Positions 41,301 through 53,242 of a stretch of DNA of 56,294 bases are shown here, in pieces. Every line of letters starts with the position of its first letter. Position 1 is the stretch's first letter. The notes under the pieces were generated by a model. That model ran no database searches. It saw nothing but the letters and a program-made list of their open reading frames with translations, and was not told the DNA's origin. The translations under genes and the position numbers were made by a program. This stretch comes from Simkaniaceae bacterium (GTDB lineage Bacteria; Chlamydiota; Chlamydiia; Chlamydiales; Simkaniaceae), in NCBI GenBank assembly GCA_050248615.1, contig JBFWSA010000013.1, positions 1 to 56,294 on the forward strand, in the 5' to 3' direction.

Positions 41301-42509
41301 TTCAGGATCTCCTCGCTGAATCATTTTCTTGGCAGAACGGATGGTGTAAACCAGTCCACGTCCTTTGAGGCGTTTCACAATAAACGGCTCAAAGAGTTCG
41401 AGGGCCATCTTCTTGGGAAGACCGCACTGATTGAAGCGGAGTTCAGGACCTACGATAATGACCGAACGCCCTGAGTAGTCAACCCGTTTACCCAATAGGT
41501 TCTGACGGAAACGTCCCTGTTTCCCCTTAAGCATTTCAGAAAGGGCTTTCAGCGGACGGTTTCCAGCTCCCATCACGGGGTGTCCATGACGCCCGTTATC
41601 AAAAAGGGCATCCACCGCTTCTTGAAGCATACGCTTTTCATTACGAATAATGACATCAGGTGTTTTCAGCTTTAAAATCGACTTTAAACGGTTATTTCGG
41701 TTGATTACACGACGATAAAGATCGTTGAGGTCAGAAGTTGCAAAGCGTCCACCATCTAGAGGAACAAGAGGGCGTAAATCGGGAGGAATGACAGGAACGC
41801 AGGAAATCACCATCCAATCGGGTTTATTCGGAGAAAAGGCAAAACTCTCAATAATTTTAAGACGCTTTGCCAGTTTCATACGGGCTTGCATCGAGCGTGT
41901 TTTACGTAGCTTCTCTTTGAGTTCTGCAATGACAGTAATTAGGTCTTCTTTTTCAAGGAGTTCTCGAATAGCATCTCCCCCCATGTTTGCTTTGAATGCA
42001 TCGGGGCCCCACTTTTCTTGCGCTTCACGAAACTCATGATCATTAAGAAGTTGTTTGCGCTCTAAAGTGGTAGCTCCAGGATCAGTGACTACATACTCTT
42101 CATAGTAAATCACACGCTCAAGGTCTGCAACAGACATGCCGAGGATGTTTCCAATGCGAGAAGGCTGTGTTTTGAAAAACCAAATATGAACAACGGGAAC
42201 AGCGAGTTCAATATGAGCCATTCTTTCGCGACGCACTTTAGAAAGGGTCACTTCTACCCCACAACGATCGCAAATGATCCCTTTGTGCTTAATCTTCTTG
42301 TATTTTCCACAGGCACATTCCCAATCGCGCGTTGGACCGAAAATCTTTTCACAAAAAAGCCCCCCTTTCTCAGGCTTAAACGTACGATAATTAATCGTTT
42401 CAGGCTTTTTGATCTCCCCTCGAGACCATTCATTACGAATGACATCATCTGAGGCAATTCGGATCGTTAGTTTATCAAATTGAGAATCATGAAATTCATC
42501 TTCTTGCAT
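38349..42509 (-). CDS. rpoC: RNA polymerase beta' subunit
   Basis: KPETINYRT, zinc finger, [20 protein letters not shown]. Confidence 0.99.
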   Translation of the reverse strand: MQEDEFHDSQFDKLTIRIASDDVIRNEWSRGEIKKPETINYRTFKPEKGGLFCEKIFGPTRDWECACGKYKKIKHKGIICDRCGVEVTLSKVRRERMAHIELAVPVVHIWFFKTQPSRIGNILGMSVADLERVIYYEEYVVTDPGATTLERKQLLNDHEFREAQEKWGPDAFKANMGGDAIRELLEKEDLITVIAELKEKLRKTRSMQARMKLAKRLKIIESFAFSPNKPDWMVISCVPVIPPDLRPLVPLDGGRFATSDLNDLYRRVINRNNRLKSILKLKTPDVIIRNEKRMLQEAVDALFDNGRHGHPVMGAGNRPLKALSEMLKGKQGRFRQNLLGKRVDYSGRSVIIVGPELRFNQCGLPKKMALELFEPFIVKRLKGRGLVYTIRSAKKMIQRGDPEVWDVLEEIIKGHPVLLNRAPTLHRLGIQAFEPVLIEGKAIRIHPLVCTAFNADFDGDQMAVHVPLSVEAQLEAKLLMMAPDNIFLPSSGKPAAVPSQDMILGLYYLMHDPIYFPEDHGKQTKVFGSSEEVLHALFGGDSYNWHGNKEKDVRFDNFGRGLHIHEKIKVRLESGIIETTPGRVVFNTIVPKELGFQNYGLRKKKMSELVLGTYKKVGLEACVRFLDDLKHLGFGNATKAALSMGVKDVCVPEAKQKILEETQKKVAIVIKQYEDGVITEGERHSKIISIWTDVSEILADQLFEIISKPEGTSLNPLYLMMDSGARGNKSQVKQLGALRGLMAKPSGEIIESPITANFREGLSVLEFFISSHGARKGLADTALKTADSGYLTRRLVDVAQDVLVTEPDCGTLNGIEVAPIKQGQEELLPLKDRIFGRTVCEDIYMPGDKSILLAKSGDTLTVKQAEAIDDSGIDSIRIRSTLTCESKRGICSLCYGLNLANGRPVAKGEAVGIIAAQSIGEPGTQLTMRTFHLGGIAAAHATPDLITEKEGILVYTDLRTVRNKEGKWLALNKNGFLHIVRDEGRNLEDYKKLLSTKSIEPLQSFTIELGTQIYLEDGSKVKRGDRVGHWEQHNIPIICERPGYVKYEDLVEGISTIRDVNKQTGQTELIVRQHRGELHPQIVIYADKDYEELVGTYAIPSGAIISVAEGHKVGAGDLLARLPRGAIKTKDITGGLPRVAELFEARRPRDAAEIAKIDGIVDFKGVQKSKRIVVVRDEDSGMEEEHLIPLTKHLIIQKGDNVVKGQQLTDGLVVPQEILEICGVRELQKYLVNQVQEVYRLQGVDINDKHIEIIVRQMLQKVRVTDPGDTTFLYGENVDKKQFHEQNSKVIEEGGKPAQAAPILLGITKASLGTESFVSAASFQETTRVLTDAACEGKTDYLLDFKANLIMGHMIPGGTGFTDYEKRVKKFVDIGEEDILDFAFSG

Positions 42510-42540
42510 GAAATTTCTCCAAGGAGCTCCTTAATTATTC

Positions 42541-45500
42541 TTACTCTTCATTGGCGCATTCAGCGCGGACATTGAGGCATAAACCTTGCATCTCTTTTAC
42601 AAGTACGTTGAAGGATTCGGGAGTGCCCGCCTTAAGGGTATTATCCCCTTTCACAATCGACTCGTAAATTCTCGTACGGCCAGAAACGTCATCCGACTTT
42701 ACAGTCAGCATTTCTTGAAGTAGGTGTGCGGCACCATAAGCTTCGAGTGCCCATACTTCCATCTCTCCAAAGCGCTGTCCTCCCATCTGAGCTTTACCAC
42801 CCAGAGGTTGTTGTGTAACTAATGAGTAAGGACCAATAGCCCGCGCATGGATCTTGTCTGCAACAAGGTGAGAAAGCTTGAGCATATAAATATAGCCAAC
42901 AACAACTGTGTTGTCGAAGCGCTCACCTGTACGACCGTCATAGAGATACGTTTTTCCGGTTTCTGAGTAGCCTTGTTCAACCATCATTTCCCAGATTCGA
43001 TCTTCTGGGAATCCTTCGAATACGGGACTCTTCACATAAATTCCGGCTTTTCTTGCGACTAAGCCCAAATGGGTTTCGAGTAGCTGCCCCATATTCATCC
43101 GTGAGGGAACCCCGAGAGGGTTGAGAATGATTTCAATGGTCTGCCCATCTGGTAAATAGGGCATATCCGCCTCAGGAACAATGTTAGAAACAACACCTTT
43201 GTTTCCGTGACGTCCCGCCATTTTATCACCCACCTGAAGCTTACGCTTGGTCGCAATATAAACTTTGACCTGACGGATCACTCCGGGATCGAGTTCGATG
43301 TCCCCTTTGCGCATGTATTCGACTTCAGACTTATGTTCCATATGAAGTTCTTCCATGGATGTTTCATGCTGACGCAGAATCTTTTTGAGAGCTTCATAGG
43401 TATCATTTTGTGGTAAAATGAGGTGATCAGGATTTTCAGATTCCAAGAGCTCTAACATCTCTTGATTGATCTTCTCTCCTTTTTTGATCAAAACATCGCC
43501 GGTAATGCGATGCATCACCGATTCAGGAGCTTCCTCTCCTAAGAGTAGAGCGCCCAGCTTTTCGTGAAATTGCATTAAAAGATCGGTCTCTTTCTCTTTA
43601 AATTCACGGTGAACATCTTTAATGCGTGTCGCTTCTTCAACAAGCTCATCATCTGTTTTGGAAAGGCGATCACGACGGCTAAACACTTTAACGTCCATGA
43701 CAACCCCTTCCGTACCTGGAGGAGCTGTTAGAGAGGCATCCTTAACATCGGCAGCCTTCTCTCCAAAGATCGCTCGTAAAAGGCGTTCTTCAGGGGAAAG
43801 TTCCGTTTCAGATTTAGGGGTAATTTTTCCAACAAGAATATCCCCTGGTTTAACTTCTGCGCCAATACGGATAATCCCATCTTCACCCAAATCAGCCAAA
43901 GCCTCTTCCGAAACGTTTGGAATATCACGGGTGATCTCTTCTTTACCGAGCTTGGTATCTCTAGCAGTTAGTTCAAATTCTTCCAGGTAGACAGAGGTAT
44001 AGGCATCTTCCCGAATGAGTTTTTCAGACATGATGATGGCATCTTCATAGTTATAGCCACACCAAGGCATGAAGGCGACAAGAACATTCTTACCAAGAGC
44101 CACTTCCCCTTTATCCGTTGCAGGTCCATCGGCAATTACATCTCCTGCTCGCACCTCATCACCCACGTTACAAAGGGGAGTTTGGTTGATAGAAGTTCCG
44201 GCATTCGAGCGCATGAACTTTTTTAGGTTATAGGTCTTTTTGCTCATACGGTTAGCTTTAGAAGCAATCACAATCTGGAATCCATCTACAAACTCCACAA
44301 TGCCATCTTCTTCTGCAATAGCAACCGCTCCCGAGTCACGAGCAATACGCATTTCCATTCCCGTGCCTACAACAGGGGCATCTGTAATGAGAAGAGGAAC
44401 GGCTTGACGTTGCATATTCGAACCCATGAGTGCTCGGTTTGCATCGTCGTGCTCCAAAAAGGGAATCAAACCGGTAACAACTGAAACCAGTTGCTTAGAG
44501 GAAACGTCCATATGGGTGACTTTTTCCGACTCGATTTTAAGAGGTTCCCCACGATAGCGGGCCCAAACAATGGGCTCTTCAAACATGTTGTGCTTATCCA
44601 AAGCAGCAGAGGCCTGCGCAATGACACACTTTTCTTCTAAATCGGCAGTCATATATTCGATTTCTTCGGTCACCACACCGTCTCTGACAATCCGATAAGG
44701 TGTTTCGATAAATCCAAACTCATTGATTTTCGCAAAAGAAGAAAGGGATGTAATCAAACCGATATTGGGTCCTTCAGGAGTCTCAATCGGACAGACACGT
44801 CCATAGTGACTGGAGTGAACGTCTCGGACTTCAAACCCGGCACGTTCCCTGTTGAGACCTCCAGGTCCCAATGAAGAGAGGCGGCGTTTATGCGTCAACT
44901 CTGCCACAGGGTTGGTTTGATCCATAAACTGTGAAAGTTGCGAACGGCCAAAGAAGTCTTTTAGAACTCCTGCTAAGCCCTTTGCTGAAACTAACTTTCC
45001 AGGAGTGAGGGTATCGGAAGAAAAATCAAAGAGGTTCATCCGTTCTTTGATAATCTTTTCCATACGGGCTAAGCCAATGCGGCACTGATTCTGAATCAAC
45101 TCACCCACAGATCGTACACGCCTGTTCCCTAAGTGATCGATATCATCAACATGGGCATCATCACTCCCCTGTTTAAGACGGATAAGATACTTCAGAGCAT
45201 CGACGATATCCTCTTTTTTCAAGGTGACAATCTCGAGATCCTCTTCTTTCGTTTCCCGTCCTAGTTTGCGATTGAGTTTATAGCGACCTACGCGTCCTAA
45301 ATTATACCGTTTGGGATCAAAGAATAGACGCATAATCGTTGAACGTGCATTAGACAGAGTTGCGGGTTCACCGGGACGAATTTTTCGATAGAAATCTTTC
45401 AGGGCCGATTCATAGGAGTCTGTAGGATCCTTTGCAAGCATTTTAATAATCGGGCTCGTCTCATCGGCATCTTCCGCAATACGGATCGCACTAATCCCTG

Positions 45501-46305
45501 CATCAAACATCCGCTTAAGCATCGCTGTTGTCAGTTTCTCTGATGCTTTTCCAAAAACAACTCCCGTTTCCTCATCCAGAATATCTTCAGCCAAAATCTT
45601 CCCTACAAGCTTAGGAAAGTCTTTATCTGATTTAATTTTCACACGATAAGTATTGAAAAATTCTTCAATGATATCTGCATCTGAAGAGTAACCCAATGTA
45701 CGGATAAAAGAGGTAGCAAGCACTTTTCGGCGCCGTTTTTTGCGATCAACATAGATATAGATCAGATCATTGATATCAAAAGAAGCTTCTAGCCAGCTTC
45801 CGCGATAGGGTATGATGCGGAAGGAACTCAATACGTTCCCTTTTGAATGCATATCTTGCTCAAAAGAAACACCAGGAGAGCGATGAAGCTGGGATACAAT
45901 AACGCGCTCTGCACCATTGATGATGAATGTCCCTTGGTTCGTCATGACAGGGATAGTCCCCATATAGACTTCTTCTTCTTTAATCCCTGTTTCGTCTGTT
46001 AAACGAAACTTGACTTTTAGGGTGACATTAAAAGTAATCCCTCGTCTGATGCACTCTTCAGGTGAATATTTGGGAACTCCAAGATTATAAGATAGGTATT
46101 CGAGAACCGTTTTTTCATCATACGATTTAATGGGGAAAATTTCTCTAAAGACTTCCTCTAGTCCCATGTTCTCCCGCTCGTGAGGAAGCTTATCCTCTTG
46201 GAAAAACTGTCGGAAGGATTTAATCTGTATTTCAATCAGGTTGGGAAGATCAATAATCTCTTCTCGGCCACGAAAACTCACCCTTTCTGGCGGTCTTTTT
46301 AGCAT
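42541..46305 (-). CDS. rpoB: RNA polymerase beta subunit
   Basis: [37 protein letters not shown]. Confidence 0.99.
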   Translation of the reverse strand: MLKRPPERVSFRGREEIIDLPNLIEIQIKSFRQFFQEDKLPHERENMGLEEVFREIFPIKSYDEKTVLEYLSYNLGVPKYSPEECIRRGITFNVTLKVKFRLTDETGIKEEEVYMGTIPVMTNQGTFIINGAERVIVSQLHRSPGVSFEQDMHSKGNVLSSFRIIPYRGSWLEASFDINDLIYIYVDRKKRRRKVLATSFIRTLGYSSDADIIEEFFNTYRVKIKSDKDFPKLVGKILAEDILDEETGVVFGKASEKLTTAMLKRMFDAGISAIRIAEDADETSPIIKMLAKDPTDSYESALKDFYRKIRPGEPATLSNARSTIMRLFFDPKRYNLGRVGRYKLNRKLGRETKEEDLEIVTLKKEDIVDALKYLIRLKQGSDDAHVDDIDHLGNRRVRSVGELIQNQCRIGLARMEKIIKERMNLFDFSSDTLTPGKLVSAKGLAGVLKDFFGRSQLSQFMDQTNPVAELTHKRRLSSLGPGGLNRERAGFEVRDVHSSHYGRVCPIETPEGPNIGLITSLSSFAKINEFGFIETPYRIVRDGVVTEEIEYMTADLEEKCVIAQASAALDKHNMFEEPIVWARYRGEPLKIESEKVTHMDVSSKQLVSVVTGLIPFLEHDDANRALMGSNMQRQAVPLLITDAPVVGTGMEMRIARDSGAVAIAEEDGIVEFVDGFQIVIASKANRMSKKTYNLKKFMRSNAGTSINQTPLCNVGDEVRAGDVIADGPATDKGEVALGKNVLVAFMPWCGYNYEDAIIMSEKLIREDAYTSVYLEEFELTARDTKLGKEEITRDIPNVSEEALADLGEDGIIRIGAEVKPGDILVGKITPKSETELSPEERLLRAIFGEKAADVKDASLTAPPGTEGVVMDVKVFSRRDRLSKTDDELVEEATRIKDVHREFKEKETDLLMQFHEKLGALLLGEEAPESVMHRITGDVLIKKGEKINQEMLELLESENPDHLILPQNDTYEALKKILRQHETSMEELHMEHKSEVEYMRKGDIELDPGVIRQVKVYIATKRKLQVGDKMAGRHGNKGVVSNIVPEADMPYLPDGQTIEIILNPLGVPSRMNMGQLLETHLGLVARKAGIYVKSPVFEGFPEDRIWEMMVEQGYSETGKTYLYDGRTGERFDNTVVVGYIYMLKLSHLVADKIHARAIGPYSLVTQQPLGGKAQMGGQRFGEMEVWALEAYGAAHLLQEMLTVKSDDVSGRTRIYESIVKGDNTLKAGTPESFNVLVKEMQGLCLNVRAECANEE

Positions 46306-46384
46306 GGAAATGCCTCCGTAAAGTCTGGCGTTTTTGATACGTTTATGGCGCTAATTCTGCACTTTAATTTTATAATGCGCGAAA

Positions 46385-46410
46385 GCAGAAACCTCTAGAG
46401 AGGTTTCTGC
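46385..46410 (-). terminator. Attenuator/terminator hairpin between rplL and rpoB
   Basis: gcagaaacct...aggtttctgc stem; short U tract on the minus strand. Confidence 0.6.
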
Positions 46411-46440
46411 CTTGCACGTAAACTCTTAATCAAGTTTAGC

Positions 46441-46845
46441 TTAGACACCTGCAAGTGATACTTTTGCTCCAGCGTCTGTAAGCTTTTTCTTAATCTCTTC
46501 AGCTTCTGCTTTAGGTGCACTATCCTTAATAGGCTTAGGAGCTCCTTCAACTAGGTCTTTTGCTTCTTTTAGTCCTAGTCCAGTCACTTCTCTCACTACC
46601 TTAATAATAGCGATTTTCTTGTCAGCAGGCGCTTCTTCCAAAGTCACTTTAAAATCGGTTGCTTCTTCTTGTGCAGCAGCATCACCACCAGCAACTGGAG
46701 CAGCAGCCATCATCATAGGCCCTCCTGCAGCAGCTTTGACATCCCATTTTTCTTCTAAAGCTTTCTTAAGCTTAGAAAGGTCTAAAACAGAAAGCTGGCT
46801 TAACGTATCTACGAGTTGATCAATGTTTGCTTCTTGTTGTACCAC
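46441..46845 (-). CDS. rplL: 50S ribosomal protein L7/L12
   Basis: [27 protein letters not shown] start with GAGGA. Confidence 0.97.
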   Translation of the reverse strand: MVQQEANIDQLVDTLSQLSVLDLSKLKKALEEKWDVKAAAGGPMMMAAAPVAGGDAAAQEEATDFKVTLEEAPADKKIAIIKVVREVTGLGLKEAKDLVEGAPKPIKDSAPKAEAEEIKKKLTDAGAKVSLAGV

Positions 46846-46872
46846 GGTTATTTCCTCTTGTGCTTATGTTCA

Positions 46873-47388
46873 TTATGATTCTTTCTGGGCTTTTTGATCG
46901 ACACAGCTGATCAAGCCCCCTAGGAGTGCTTCCATCGCACCCACGGTTCCAGACATTGGAGCTTCTAATACGCCTAAGAATTCTGCACGCATCTGCTCCA
47001 GACTTGGAAGTTGTGAAATCTCTTTGAAGTCTTGTGGTGAACACATTTTCCCTTCAAAAAGACCTCCCAGTACTTCGAGTAAGTCCTTATTGTCACTGGT
47101 AAATTTATAGATAGCTTTTGTTGTCGCAATGGTATCTTTGCCAGCATAAACGATTCCAATATGCCCCTTAAGGCTATCGGAATCGACTGAAACTCCTGCT
47201 TCAGCTGCAGCTTTTAAAAATACACGCTTCTTAACAACTTTAAAAAAACCACCTGTCTCAAAAACCGACTTACGAAATTCTGAAGTTAGGTTGGGGCTCA
47301 TACCTTGATAACTTGTCAGAAGGAAGGCATTTGAGTCCGCAAGTTGGTCCTTTATCTCATCTAGTAAGAATTGCTTTTCTTTTCTCAT
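46873..47388 (-). CDS. rplJ: 50S ribosomal protein L10 (start moved to ATG 47388)
   Basis: MRKEKQFLL, FKVVKKRVF, ISQLPS; lies between rplA and rplL. Confidence 0.95.
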   Translation of the reverse strand: MRKEKQFLLDEIKDQLADSNAFLLTSYQGMSPNLTSEFRKSVFETGGFFKVVKKRVFLKAAAEAGVSVDSDSLKGHIGIVYAGKDTIATTKAIYKFTSDNKDLLEVLGGLFEGKMCSPQDFKEISQLPSLEQMRAEFLGVLEAPMSGTVGAMEALLGGLISCVDQKAQKES

Positions 47389-47398
47389 ATTTTGCTTC

Positions 47399-48097
47399 CT
47401 AACTAAGTGCGATTGAGTTGATATCGATTTTAATTCCAGCTCCCATCGTCGATGAGATGTACAAGCTTCGCAGAAACTGTCCTTTAGCAGAGGCTGGTCG
47501 CACTTTTGAAATGGCGCTAAGGAGAGATTCAATATTCTCTACAAGGTGCTCTTTTGTGAAAGAAACCTTTCCTACAAAGTTATTAATAACAGCGTTCTTA
47601 TCTACTTTGAACTCGATTTTCCCCTTCTTCAAATCTTCCACTGCCCGTTTTACATCTGTTGTAACAGTTCCCGCTTTCGGAGTCGGCATGAGTCCACGGG
47701 GGCCTAAAACTTTACCTAGCTTACCCACTTCACGCATCATGTCTGGAGTTGCAACTAAAGCATCAAAATCGGTCCACCCTCCTTTGATTCTTTCAATGAG
47801 CTCTTGATCCCCTGCTTCATCTGCTCCAGCATCTAATGCCTCTTTAACTTTTTCTCCTGTCGCAAGAACGACTACGCGTAGCGTTTTTCCAGTTCCATGA
47901 GGAAGAAAAACGGTGCTTCGGACCTGTTGATCCGATTTTTTAGGATCGACACCAACGCGCAATGCAATTTCAACAGACTCATCAAATTTAACAGAAGGAG
48001 CTTTCTTTAAAATCTCCACTGCCTCATTAAGATTGTAAGATTTAGTAGGGTCATAAAGCTTGAGAATTTCTTTATAACGTTTGCTTCTCTTTGTCAT
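47399..48097 (-). CDS. rplA: 50S ribosomal protein L1
   Basis: [33 protein letters not shown]. Confidence 0.98.
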   Translation of the reverse strand: MTKRSKRYKEILKLYDPTKSYNLNEAVEILKKAPSVKFDESVEIALRVGVDPKKSDQQVRSTVFLPHGTGKTLRVVVLATGEKVKEALDAGADEAGDQELIERIKGGWTDFDALVATPDMMREVGKLGKVLGPRGLMPTPKAGTVTTDVKRAVEDLKKGKIEFKVDKNAVINNFVGKVSFTKEHLVENIESLLSAISKVRPASAKGQFLRSLYISSTMGAGIKIDINSIALS

Positions 48098-48103
48098 TGT
48101 ATC

Positions 48104-48532
48104 TTAGCCTTCAATAATATCTACACCCATCGACCGCGCTGTTCCTTGAACAACCAATAGTGCAGCTTCCATGGAACGGACACGCAGATCAGGGTATTTT
48201 CTTTCAGCGATTTTCTTTACTTGCTCTTTAGAGAGTTTTCCCACCTTATCTCGGTTAGGAACTCCTGAACCCTTTTCAATTCCTAATTCCTTTAAAATCA
48301 GTCGGGAAATGGGGGGTTGTTTGGTAATAAATGTAAAACTTTTATCAGAATAAACCGAAATTTCAACAGGAAGGATATCTCCTGCCTTGTCTTGCGTTTT
48401 AGCATTGTACTCCTTACAGAAAGCCATGATGTTCAGGCCAGCAGAACCGAGTGCTGGTCCAATCGGTGGCGCTGGACTTGCTTTTCCTGCAGGAATTTGG
48501 AGTTTAATTTTTTTCTCTAGTTTCTTTGCCAT
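48104..48532 (-). CDS. rplK: 50S ribosomal protein L11
   Basis: [22 protein letters not shown]. Confidence 0.98.
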   Translation of the reverse strand: MAKKLEKKIKLQIPAGKASPAPPIGPALGSAGLNIMAFCKEYNAKTQDKAGDILPVEISVYSDKSFTFITKQPPISRLILKELGIEKGSGVPNRDKVGKLSKEQVKKIAERKYPDLRVRSMEAALLVVQGTARSMGVDIIEG

Positions 48533-48540
48533 TTTACTTC

Positions 48541-49095
48541 CTATTCTACTTCAGCATCTATCGGTACTTCTTCAACTTGCCAAAATTCCAAATCATCGAC
48601 CCGTGTATCACGCCCGAAGATGGAAACCATCACACTGAGGCGTCCTTTATCATGTCCAACTTCTAAAACGGTTCCGATAAAGTTGACAAATACACCGTCA
48701 GTAATCTTCACATGATCACCCACTTGAAGCTTATGTTTATGAACAACTTCACCCTTACGCATTTGAAGATCTTGAAGGATTTCTTGTACCTCCGTTTCAG
48801 ATAATGGAACGGGTTTTCCTCCACCCATGAAGTCAATGACTCCATTGGCTTGTTTGACATATTGCCAAGAATCATCTGTAAGCGTCATTTTAACTAAGGC
48901 ATAGCCTGGCCAGAGACGCTTCTCACTAATCTTTTGCTCCCCTCTCTTAACCTCTGCAACATTCTCAGAGGGAACGAGAACTTCATCGACAAAATCGATC
49001 ATGCCCGCAGCTTGGCGGTTTTCTTCAATGTTTCGTTTGACCTTTTTCTCTTGACCTGACATGACTTGAATGACATACCATCGATGACCTTCCAT
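48541..49095 (-). CDS. nusG: Transcription factor NusG
   Basis: [17 protein letters not shown] motif and VSIFGRDT. Confidence 0.97.
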   Translation of the reverse strand: MEGHRWYVIQVMSGQEKKVKRNIEENRQAAGMIDFVDEVLVPSENVAEVKRGEQKISEKRLWPGYALVKMTLTDDSWQYVKQANGVIDFMGGGKPVPLSETEVQEILQDLQMRKGEVVHKHKLQVGDHVKITDGVFVNFIGTVLEVGHDKGRLSVMVSIFGRDTRVDDLEFWQVEEVPIDAEVE

Positions 49096-49101
49096 AAGTT
49101 C

Positions 49102-49377
49102 TTAAGCTCCTATTAACCCAGCGAGATTTCCAATTCCACTTAGGATAAGACGGATAGTCAAATCCACAACATAAATTCCAAGGCCCAGCGCAAAAATGGC
49201 ACCAATGACAATCTTTCCACAGACGCGCAATTCTTCTTTCGTCGTCCAAGAGACCTTTTTCATCTCTTCCTTCATCTCCTGGATGAAGCTCGCCTTTTTA
49301 GTTTTCTTTTTCTTTATGGCGCTTAAGTCTGCTATTTTTTGAGAGACCGTCATGTCTGGTTTTCTCTTTTCTTCCAT
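49102..49377 (-). CDS. secE: Preprotein translocase SecE (start probably ATG 49377)
   Basis: EMKKVSWTT followed by one TM helix; lies between tRNA-Trp and nusG. Confidence 0.92.
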   Translation of the reverse strand: MEEKRKPDMTVSQKIADLSAIKKKKTKKASFIQEMKEEMKKVSWTTKEELRVCGKIVIGAIFALGLGIYVVDLTIRLILSGIGNLAGLIGA

Positions 49378-49401
49378 TGAATCCAATTCTTACTATCTAA
49401 C

Positions 49402-49474
49402 CGAGTGCGGAGGGATTCGAACCCCCGACCGGCGACTTTGGAGATCGCTGCTCTACCAACTGAGCTACACACCC
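49402..49474 (-). tRNA. tRNA-Trp(CCA)
   Basis: Cloverleaf GGGTGTG...GCGAT-CTCCAAA-GTCGC...TTCGAAT...CGCACTC-G; 3' CCA not encoded. Confidence 0.95.
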
Positions 49475-49495
49475 ATGTTATGCTCTCTTGAGCAT

Positions 49496-49524
49496 AAGGA
49501 GAGGTCCTTACAGAACCTCTCCTT
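49496..49524 (-). terminator. Hairpin between tuf and tRNA-Trp
   Basis: aaggagaggt-ccttacaga-acctctcctt, a 10-bp stem. Confidence 0.6.
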
Positions 49525-49542
49525 TAAAATTTCAAGTACTAC

Positions 49543-50727
49543 CTATTTAATGATTTTTGAAACCGTTCCAGCACCGATAGTTCGGCCACCTTCACGAATC
49601 GCAAAACGCATTCCTTCTTCCATAGCAATTGGGCTAATCAACTCTCCAGAGAGCTCAATGTTATCTCCAGGCATGACCATCTCAGTTCCTTCAGGAAGGG
49701 TAACAGTCCCTGTCACATCCGTTGTTCTAAAGTAAAACTGGGGACGGTATCCAGAGAAGAAGGGCTTATGACGGCCTCCTTCTTCCTTTTTAAGGATATA
49801 GACAGTACCTTTAAATTGGGTGTGGGGTTTGCACGATCCAGGTGCAGCTAGAACCATTCCACGTTCGATATCTTTTTTATCCACTCCACGCATGAGAACC
49901 CCTACGTTTTCACCCGCACGAGCCTCATCGAGAACTTTATTAAACATTTCCAAACCAGTCGCAACCGACTCGCGTGTGTCACGAAGCCCCACGATCTCGA
50001 CCTTATCATTGATTTTAATAATACCTTTCTCAACACGACCTGTAGCTACTGTACCACGTCCAGAAATAGAGAAAACGTCCTCAATAGGCATTAGGAATGG
50101 CTTGTCTACTTCTCGAGCAGGCGTAGGAATATGTTCATCCACTGCTTTCATGAGAGCTGCAATGCTATTTTCATATTCTGCATCACCTTCAAGAGCTCTT
50201 AAAGCTGATCCTCTGATAATAGGACAATCTTTATACCCTTGAGCTTCGAGCATCTCGGTGATTTCCATTTCAACAAGCTCAACAAGCTCTTCGTCCCCTT
50301 TCCCAATTTGATCCATTTTGTTCAAGAAGACAACAATTGAAGGAACTCCAACCTGTCTTGCAAGAAGCACGTGCTCTTTGGTTTGAGGCATCGGACCGTC
50401 TGTAGCACCCACAACCAGAATCGCTCCGTCCATTTGAGCGGCACCGGTAACCATGTTCTTGACATAGTCGGCGTGTCCTGGACAGTCAACGTGTGCGTAG
50501 TGACGATTTTCTGTTTCATATTCAACGTGGCTCGAGTTGATCGTAATTCCACGCGCTTTTTCTTCTGGACTATTGTCGATCGAAGCATAATCACGAAACT
50601 TTGCTCCACCCTTTTTAGCAAGATAATTTGTAATCGATGCAGTGAGTGTTGTCTTACCGTGATCGACATGACCAATGGTCCCAATATTAACGTGGGGCTT
50701 GGTCCTTTGAAAAGCTTCTTTAGCCAT
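49543..50727 (-). CDS. tuf: Elongation factor Tu
   Basis: [21 protein letters not shown]. Confidence 0.99.
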   Translation of the reverse strand: MAKEAFQRTKPHVNIGTIGHVDHGKTTLTASITNYLAKKGGAKFRDYASIDNSPEEKARGITINSSHVEYETENRHYAHVDCPGHADYVKNMVTGAAQMDGAILVVGATDGPMPQTKEHVLLARQVGVPSIVVFLNKMDQIGKGDEELVELVEMEITEMLEAQGYKDCPIIRGSALRALEGDAEYENSIAALMKAVDEHIPTPAREVDKPFLMPIEDVFSISGRGTVATGRVEKGIIKINDKVEIVGLRDTRESVATGLEMFNKVLDEARAGENVGVLMRGVDKKDIERGMVLAAPGSCKPHTQFKGTVYILKKEEGGRHKPFFSGYRPQFYFRTTDVTGTVTLPEGTEMVMPGDNIELSGELISPIAMEEGMRFAIREGGRTIGAGTVSKIIK

Positions 50728-50779
50728 TGTAGTTATCCTCCGCTTAGGCGTCAGTGCGTTTGTTTGTTAGATGCTTTTT

Positions 50780-50851
50780 TGCCCAGAATAGGAATTGAAC
50801 CTACGACCTCTTGCTTACCATGCAAGTGCTCTACCTCTGAGCTATCTGGGC
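50780..50851 (-). tRNA. tRNA-Thr(GGT)
   Basis: GCCCAGA...CTTGC-ATGGTAA-GCAAG...TTCAATT...TCTGGGC-A. Confidence 0.95.
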
Positions 50852-50954
50852 ATCTTTTACTTTAAGGGTTTACGCCCTATCAAATCTCCTTAATCAAAGC
50901 TTAAAGAGGTTTGGCATAACGTTAACACTTGCACTTTTCAAGCGAATGCAATAA

Positions 50955-50983
50955 AGCTTAGCTATCAACTTAAAAAAAAGCAA
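50955..50983 (-). promoter_or_regulatory. Candidate promoter for tRNA-Thr-tuf (TTGCTT-17-TAAGCT)
   Basis: Sequence and spacing, about 100 bp upstream of the tRNA. Confidence 0.4.
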
Positions 50984-51313
50984 CACCAAATTTGCATTCC
51001 TGTATTTGCAAGTCTTTCACCACTCCATTTTTACTCTTACAAATAAAAATTCTAAGAGACAAAACCTGGTGCGGACAATTTCATAAACTTGATTTGATGC
51101 AAAAAGACTATCCTTAGACTACGTAGAAGATGAAAAAAAGTAAAGATAGGAAAAGGATGATGAAGCAAAAATTTATTATCGAATGGAATCCGACTATTTC
51201 CTGGAGTGAGAGTTGCGATATTAGTGGGCGCGTGGATTCAGCGCAGCAAATCTAAGTTGCTAATATTTTATTTGCCAAATCAACAGTAGCATAAATGGAG
51301 GGGGGCTTGAGGT

Positions 51314-51532
51314 TTATCTTTGACGGTAGATAATACGTGCTTTGGATAAGTCGTAAGGAGACATTTCAACTTTAACAACATCCCCTACAAAAACTCGTAT
51401 ATTACGCATACGCATCTTCCCACAGAGGTGAGCTAAAACCGTCATCCCGTTTTCTAGGGCCACTCTAAAGGTCATATTGGGAAGGAGTTCTTCAACGGTT
51501 CCTTCGATTTTAATCGTATCTTCTTTGGGCAT
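51314..51532 (-). CDS. infA: Translation initiation factor IF-1
   Basis: [33 protein letters not shown]. Confidence 0.97.
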   Translation of the reverse strand: MPKEDTIKIEGTVEELLPNMTFRVALENGMTVLAHLCGKMRMRNIRVFVGDVVKVEMSPYDLSKARIIYRQR

Positions 51533-51677
51533 ATACTCTCTTAATAGGTCATCGCTTGTTCATTAAAATAATAACTACCAACAAAATGTCAATAGAGAAA
51601 CAATCCAAAGCTGAAAATCAAAAAGAAATTTACTATTTGGATGAGTTCAAACAGGCATTCTAAAGAACCCTCACATT

Positions 51678-51690
51678 TATACTCAAACAA
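51678..51690 (+). repeat. Terminal remnant of family A element
   Basis: tatactcaaacaa, a 13-bp exact match to the family A terminus. Confidence 0.45.
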
Positions 51691-51828
51691 AAAGATTTTA
51701 TCAAATAAAATTTTGTTTATCAGTTTGTTTTAAGGAATAATTAATTTAATTTAAAAAAACAATACAATTTGATATAATACAATTTGCTCAAAATTTAAAT
51801 TAATAACGATTTAAAAAGGGTTAGGAAA

Positions 51829-52755
51829 ATGAGTACAATAGGGTATGGTACATTTGATTTAACGAGCCTTGCTCACCAACCTACCCCTAATGATTACAAT
51901 CGGTATGTCTTTGATAACCCAGCTGATCATGTTTCCTCAGAGAAATTCAAAGAAATTCTTTACAAGGTTGCAGCGATTGGATCCCTACTCCTTGTTGGAG
52001 TCTTGATTGTCGGCGGCCTTGTAGCCCTCGTCAATTTCGCCCCTATTGCTGTCCCTTTTTATCTGATCCTTGCAGGAGCTATTTTTAAAACCTTTCATAG
52101 CAAGGTTTTTACCCTCTTAAAGCAAAAGGGAGAGTTAGCCCAGCAAGATGCTCAAATGTATGCTGGAATGGCTCAAGAAATTGAAAAAGTCAAAGCGGCC
52201 TACACAGACTATAATTCTTTTAATACTTTACTCAGAAAGCTTGGCATCGGTGCTGAGGAGATCCCTGCTGAAGAGCTCTCTCAGGCAGCACAAAACGCCC
52301 GTCTCTTAATGCCTACAGCAAACCTCATAGGGCGCGTGCACTACTGGGAAAAAATGGAAAACGAAACCCGTCAAAAAATCGATGATTTAGATGAAAAAAT
52401 AGCTACACTAACCCCTTCTTTGGACCCGAAAAAAATGGCTGAAAAATCTCAGCTACGTCGGGAAAAGCAACAATTAGAAGAAGTCGTCCTCCTCCCCGCC
52501 AAAGTCGCTCATGCCTACGCCCTTCATGTCCTGGCTAATGTGACAGATCAGCGAGATTTCGATGCTTTCGGGAGTTGCCATCCTCTGAGCTACGAAAGCC
52601 ACTTGGAATACCTAGCAGACCGCGTCCCTCAACCCTATTACTCTTTCCCTGAGAGCTCAGATAAACCTCCCCTCTCAAAAGCCGAAATGTTTGAGTTATC
52701 CCCCCTTGAGCTTTCAAAAAGAATTTTTGGAGACAGCAAAGCTTTCGTAAGATAA
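51829..52755 (+). CDS. Inc-like protein with bilobed hydrophobic domain and coiled coil (CT324-like by position)
   Basis: About 40-aa hydrophobic stretch VAAIGSLLLVGVL...FYLILAGAIF; no signal peptide; lies between infA and sufE. Confidence 0.75.
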   Translation: MSTIGYGTFDLTSLAHQPTPNDYNRYVFDNPADHVSSEKFKEILYKVAAIGSLLLVGVLIVGGLVALVNFAPIAVPFYLILAGAIFKTFHSKVFTLLKQKGELAQQDAQMYAGMAQEIEKVKAAYTDYNSFNTLLRKLGIGAEEIPAEELSQAAQNARLLMPTANLIGRVHYWEKMENETRQKIDDLDEKIATLTPSLDPKKMAEKSQLRREKQQLEEVVLLPAKVAHAYALHVLANVTDQRDFDAFGSCHPLSYESHLEYLADRVPQPYYSFPESSDKPPLSKAEMFELSPLELSKRIFGDSKAFVR

Positions 52756-52765
52756 AATATTCCCC

Positions 52766-53182
52766 ATGAGCTGCCTTGAAAAACAAGCAAAAATTAAAGA
52801 GCAATTTTTAGCTCTCAAGACACTAGAAAAGCGGTATGAAAAAATCATTGCCCTGGGGAGATCTCTACCCCCTTTTCCTCAAGAAGAAAAAGTAGAAGAA
52901 AACCGGGTCAAAGGATGCCAAAGTCTTTTGTATTTGAAAATGCACGTGCGCGAGGGAAAGTTACAAATTTTTTGTGCCTCAGATGCTTTGATTTCTGCGG
53001 GGCTTGCTGCTTTATTAATCTCTGTCTACCAAGATGAACCTCCAGAGGCTATCTTTAAATATCCCCCTATCTTTCTAAAAGAAATGGGAATCCTTGAAGC
53101 TCTTTCGCCTAGTCGGTCTAATGGACTCCGCAGTTTACATCAAAAAATGCAACAAGATGCAGTTAAACTCGTTGTATCATAA
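52766..53182 (+). CDS. sufE: SufE-family sulfur-transfer protein
   Basis: ENRVKGCQS (acceptor Cys), SDALISAGL, LSPSRSNGL. Confidence 0.92.
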   Translation: MSCLEKQAKIKEQFLALKTLEKRYEKIIALGRSLPPFPQEEKVEENRVKGCQSLLYLKMHVREGKLQIFCASDALISAGLAALLISVYQDEPPEAIFKYPPIFLKEMGILEALSPSRSNGLRSLHQKMQQDAVKLVVS

Positions 53183-53193
53183 AAAAATTTCTG

Positions 53194-53228
53194 TATACTC
53201 AGCCAACTTTTGAAGTTGTTTGAGTATA
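53194..53228. repeat. Internally deleted (35-bp) family A element
   Basis: Left end tatactca fused to right arm ccaacttttgaagttgtttgagtata; lies 14 bp upstream of ATG 53243. Confidence 0.8.
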
Positions 53229-53242
53229 TACTGTTTTTTGCA

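Noticed and set aside
38349..46305. rpoB-rpoC fusion or intein
   Set aside because: The genes are separate and of normal length, with no intein motifs. The 12-bp palindrome aaggagctcctt in the gap is too short to interpret.
49402..50851. tRNAs lacking an encoded 3' CCA; possible tRNA-targeted island
   Set aside because: Missing CCA is common in bacterial tRNA genes; no integrase or duplicated tRNA 3' end was seen.
1631..53228. CRISPR array interpretation of the repeats
   Set aside because: The copies are dispersed and palindromic, with no regular repeat-spacer spacing and no cas genes.
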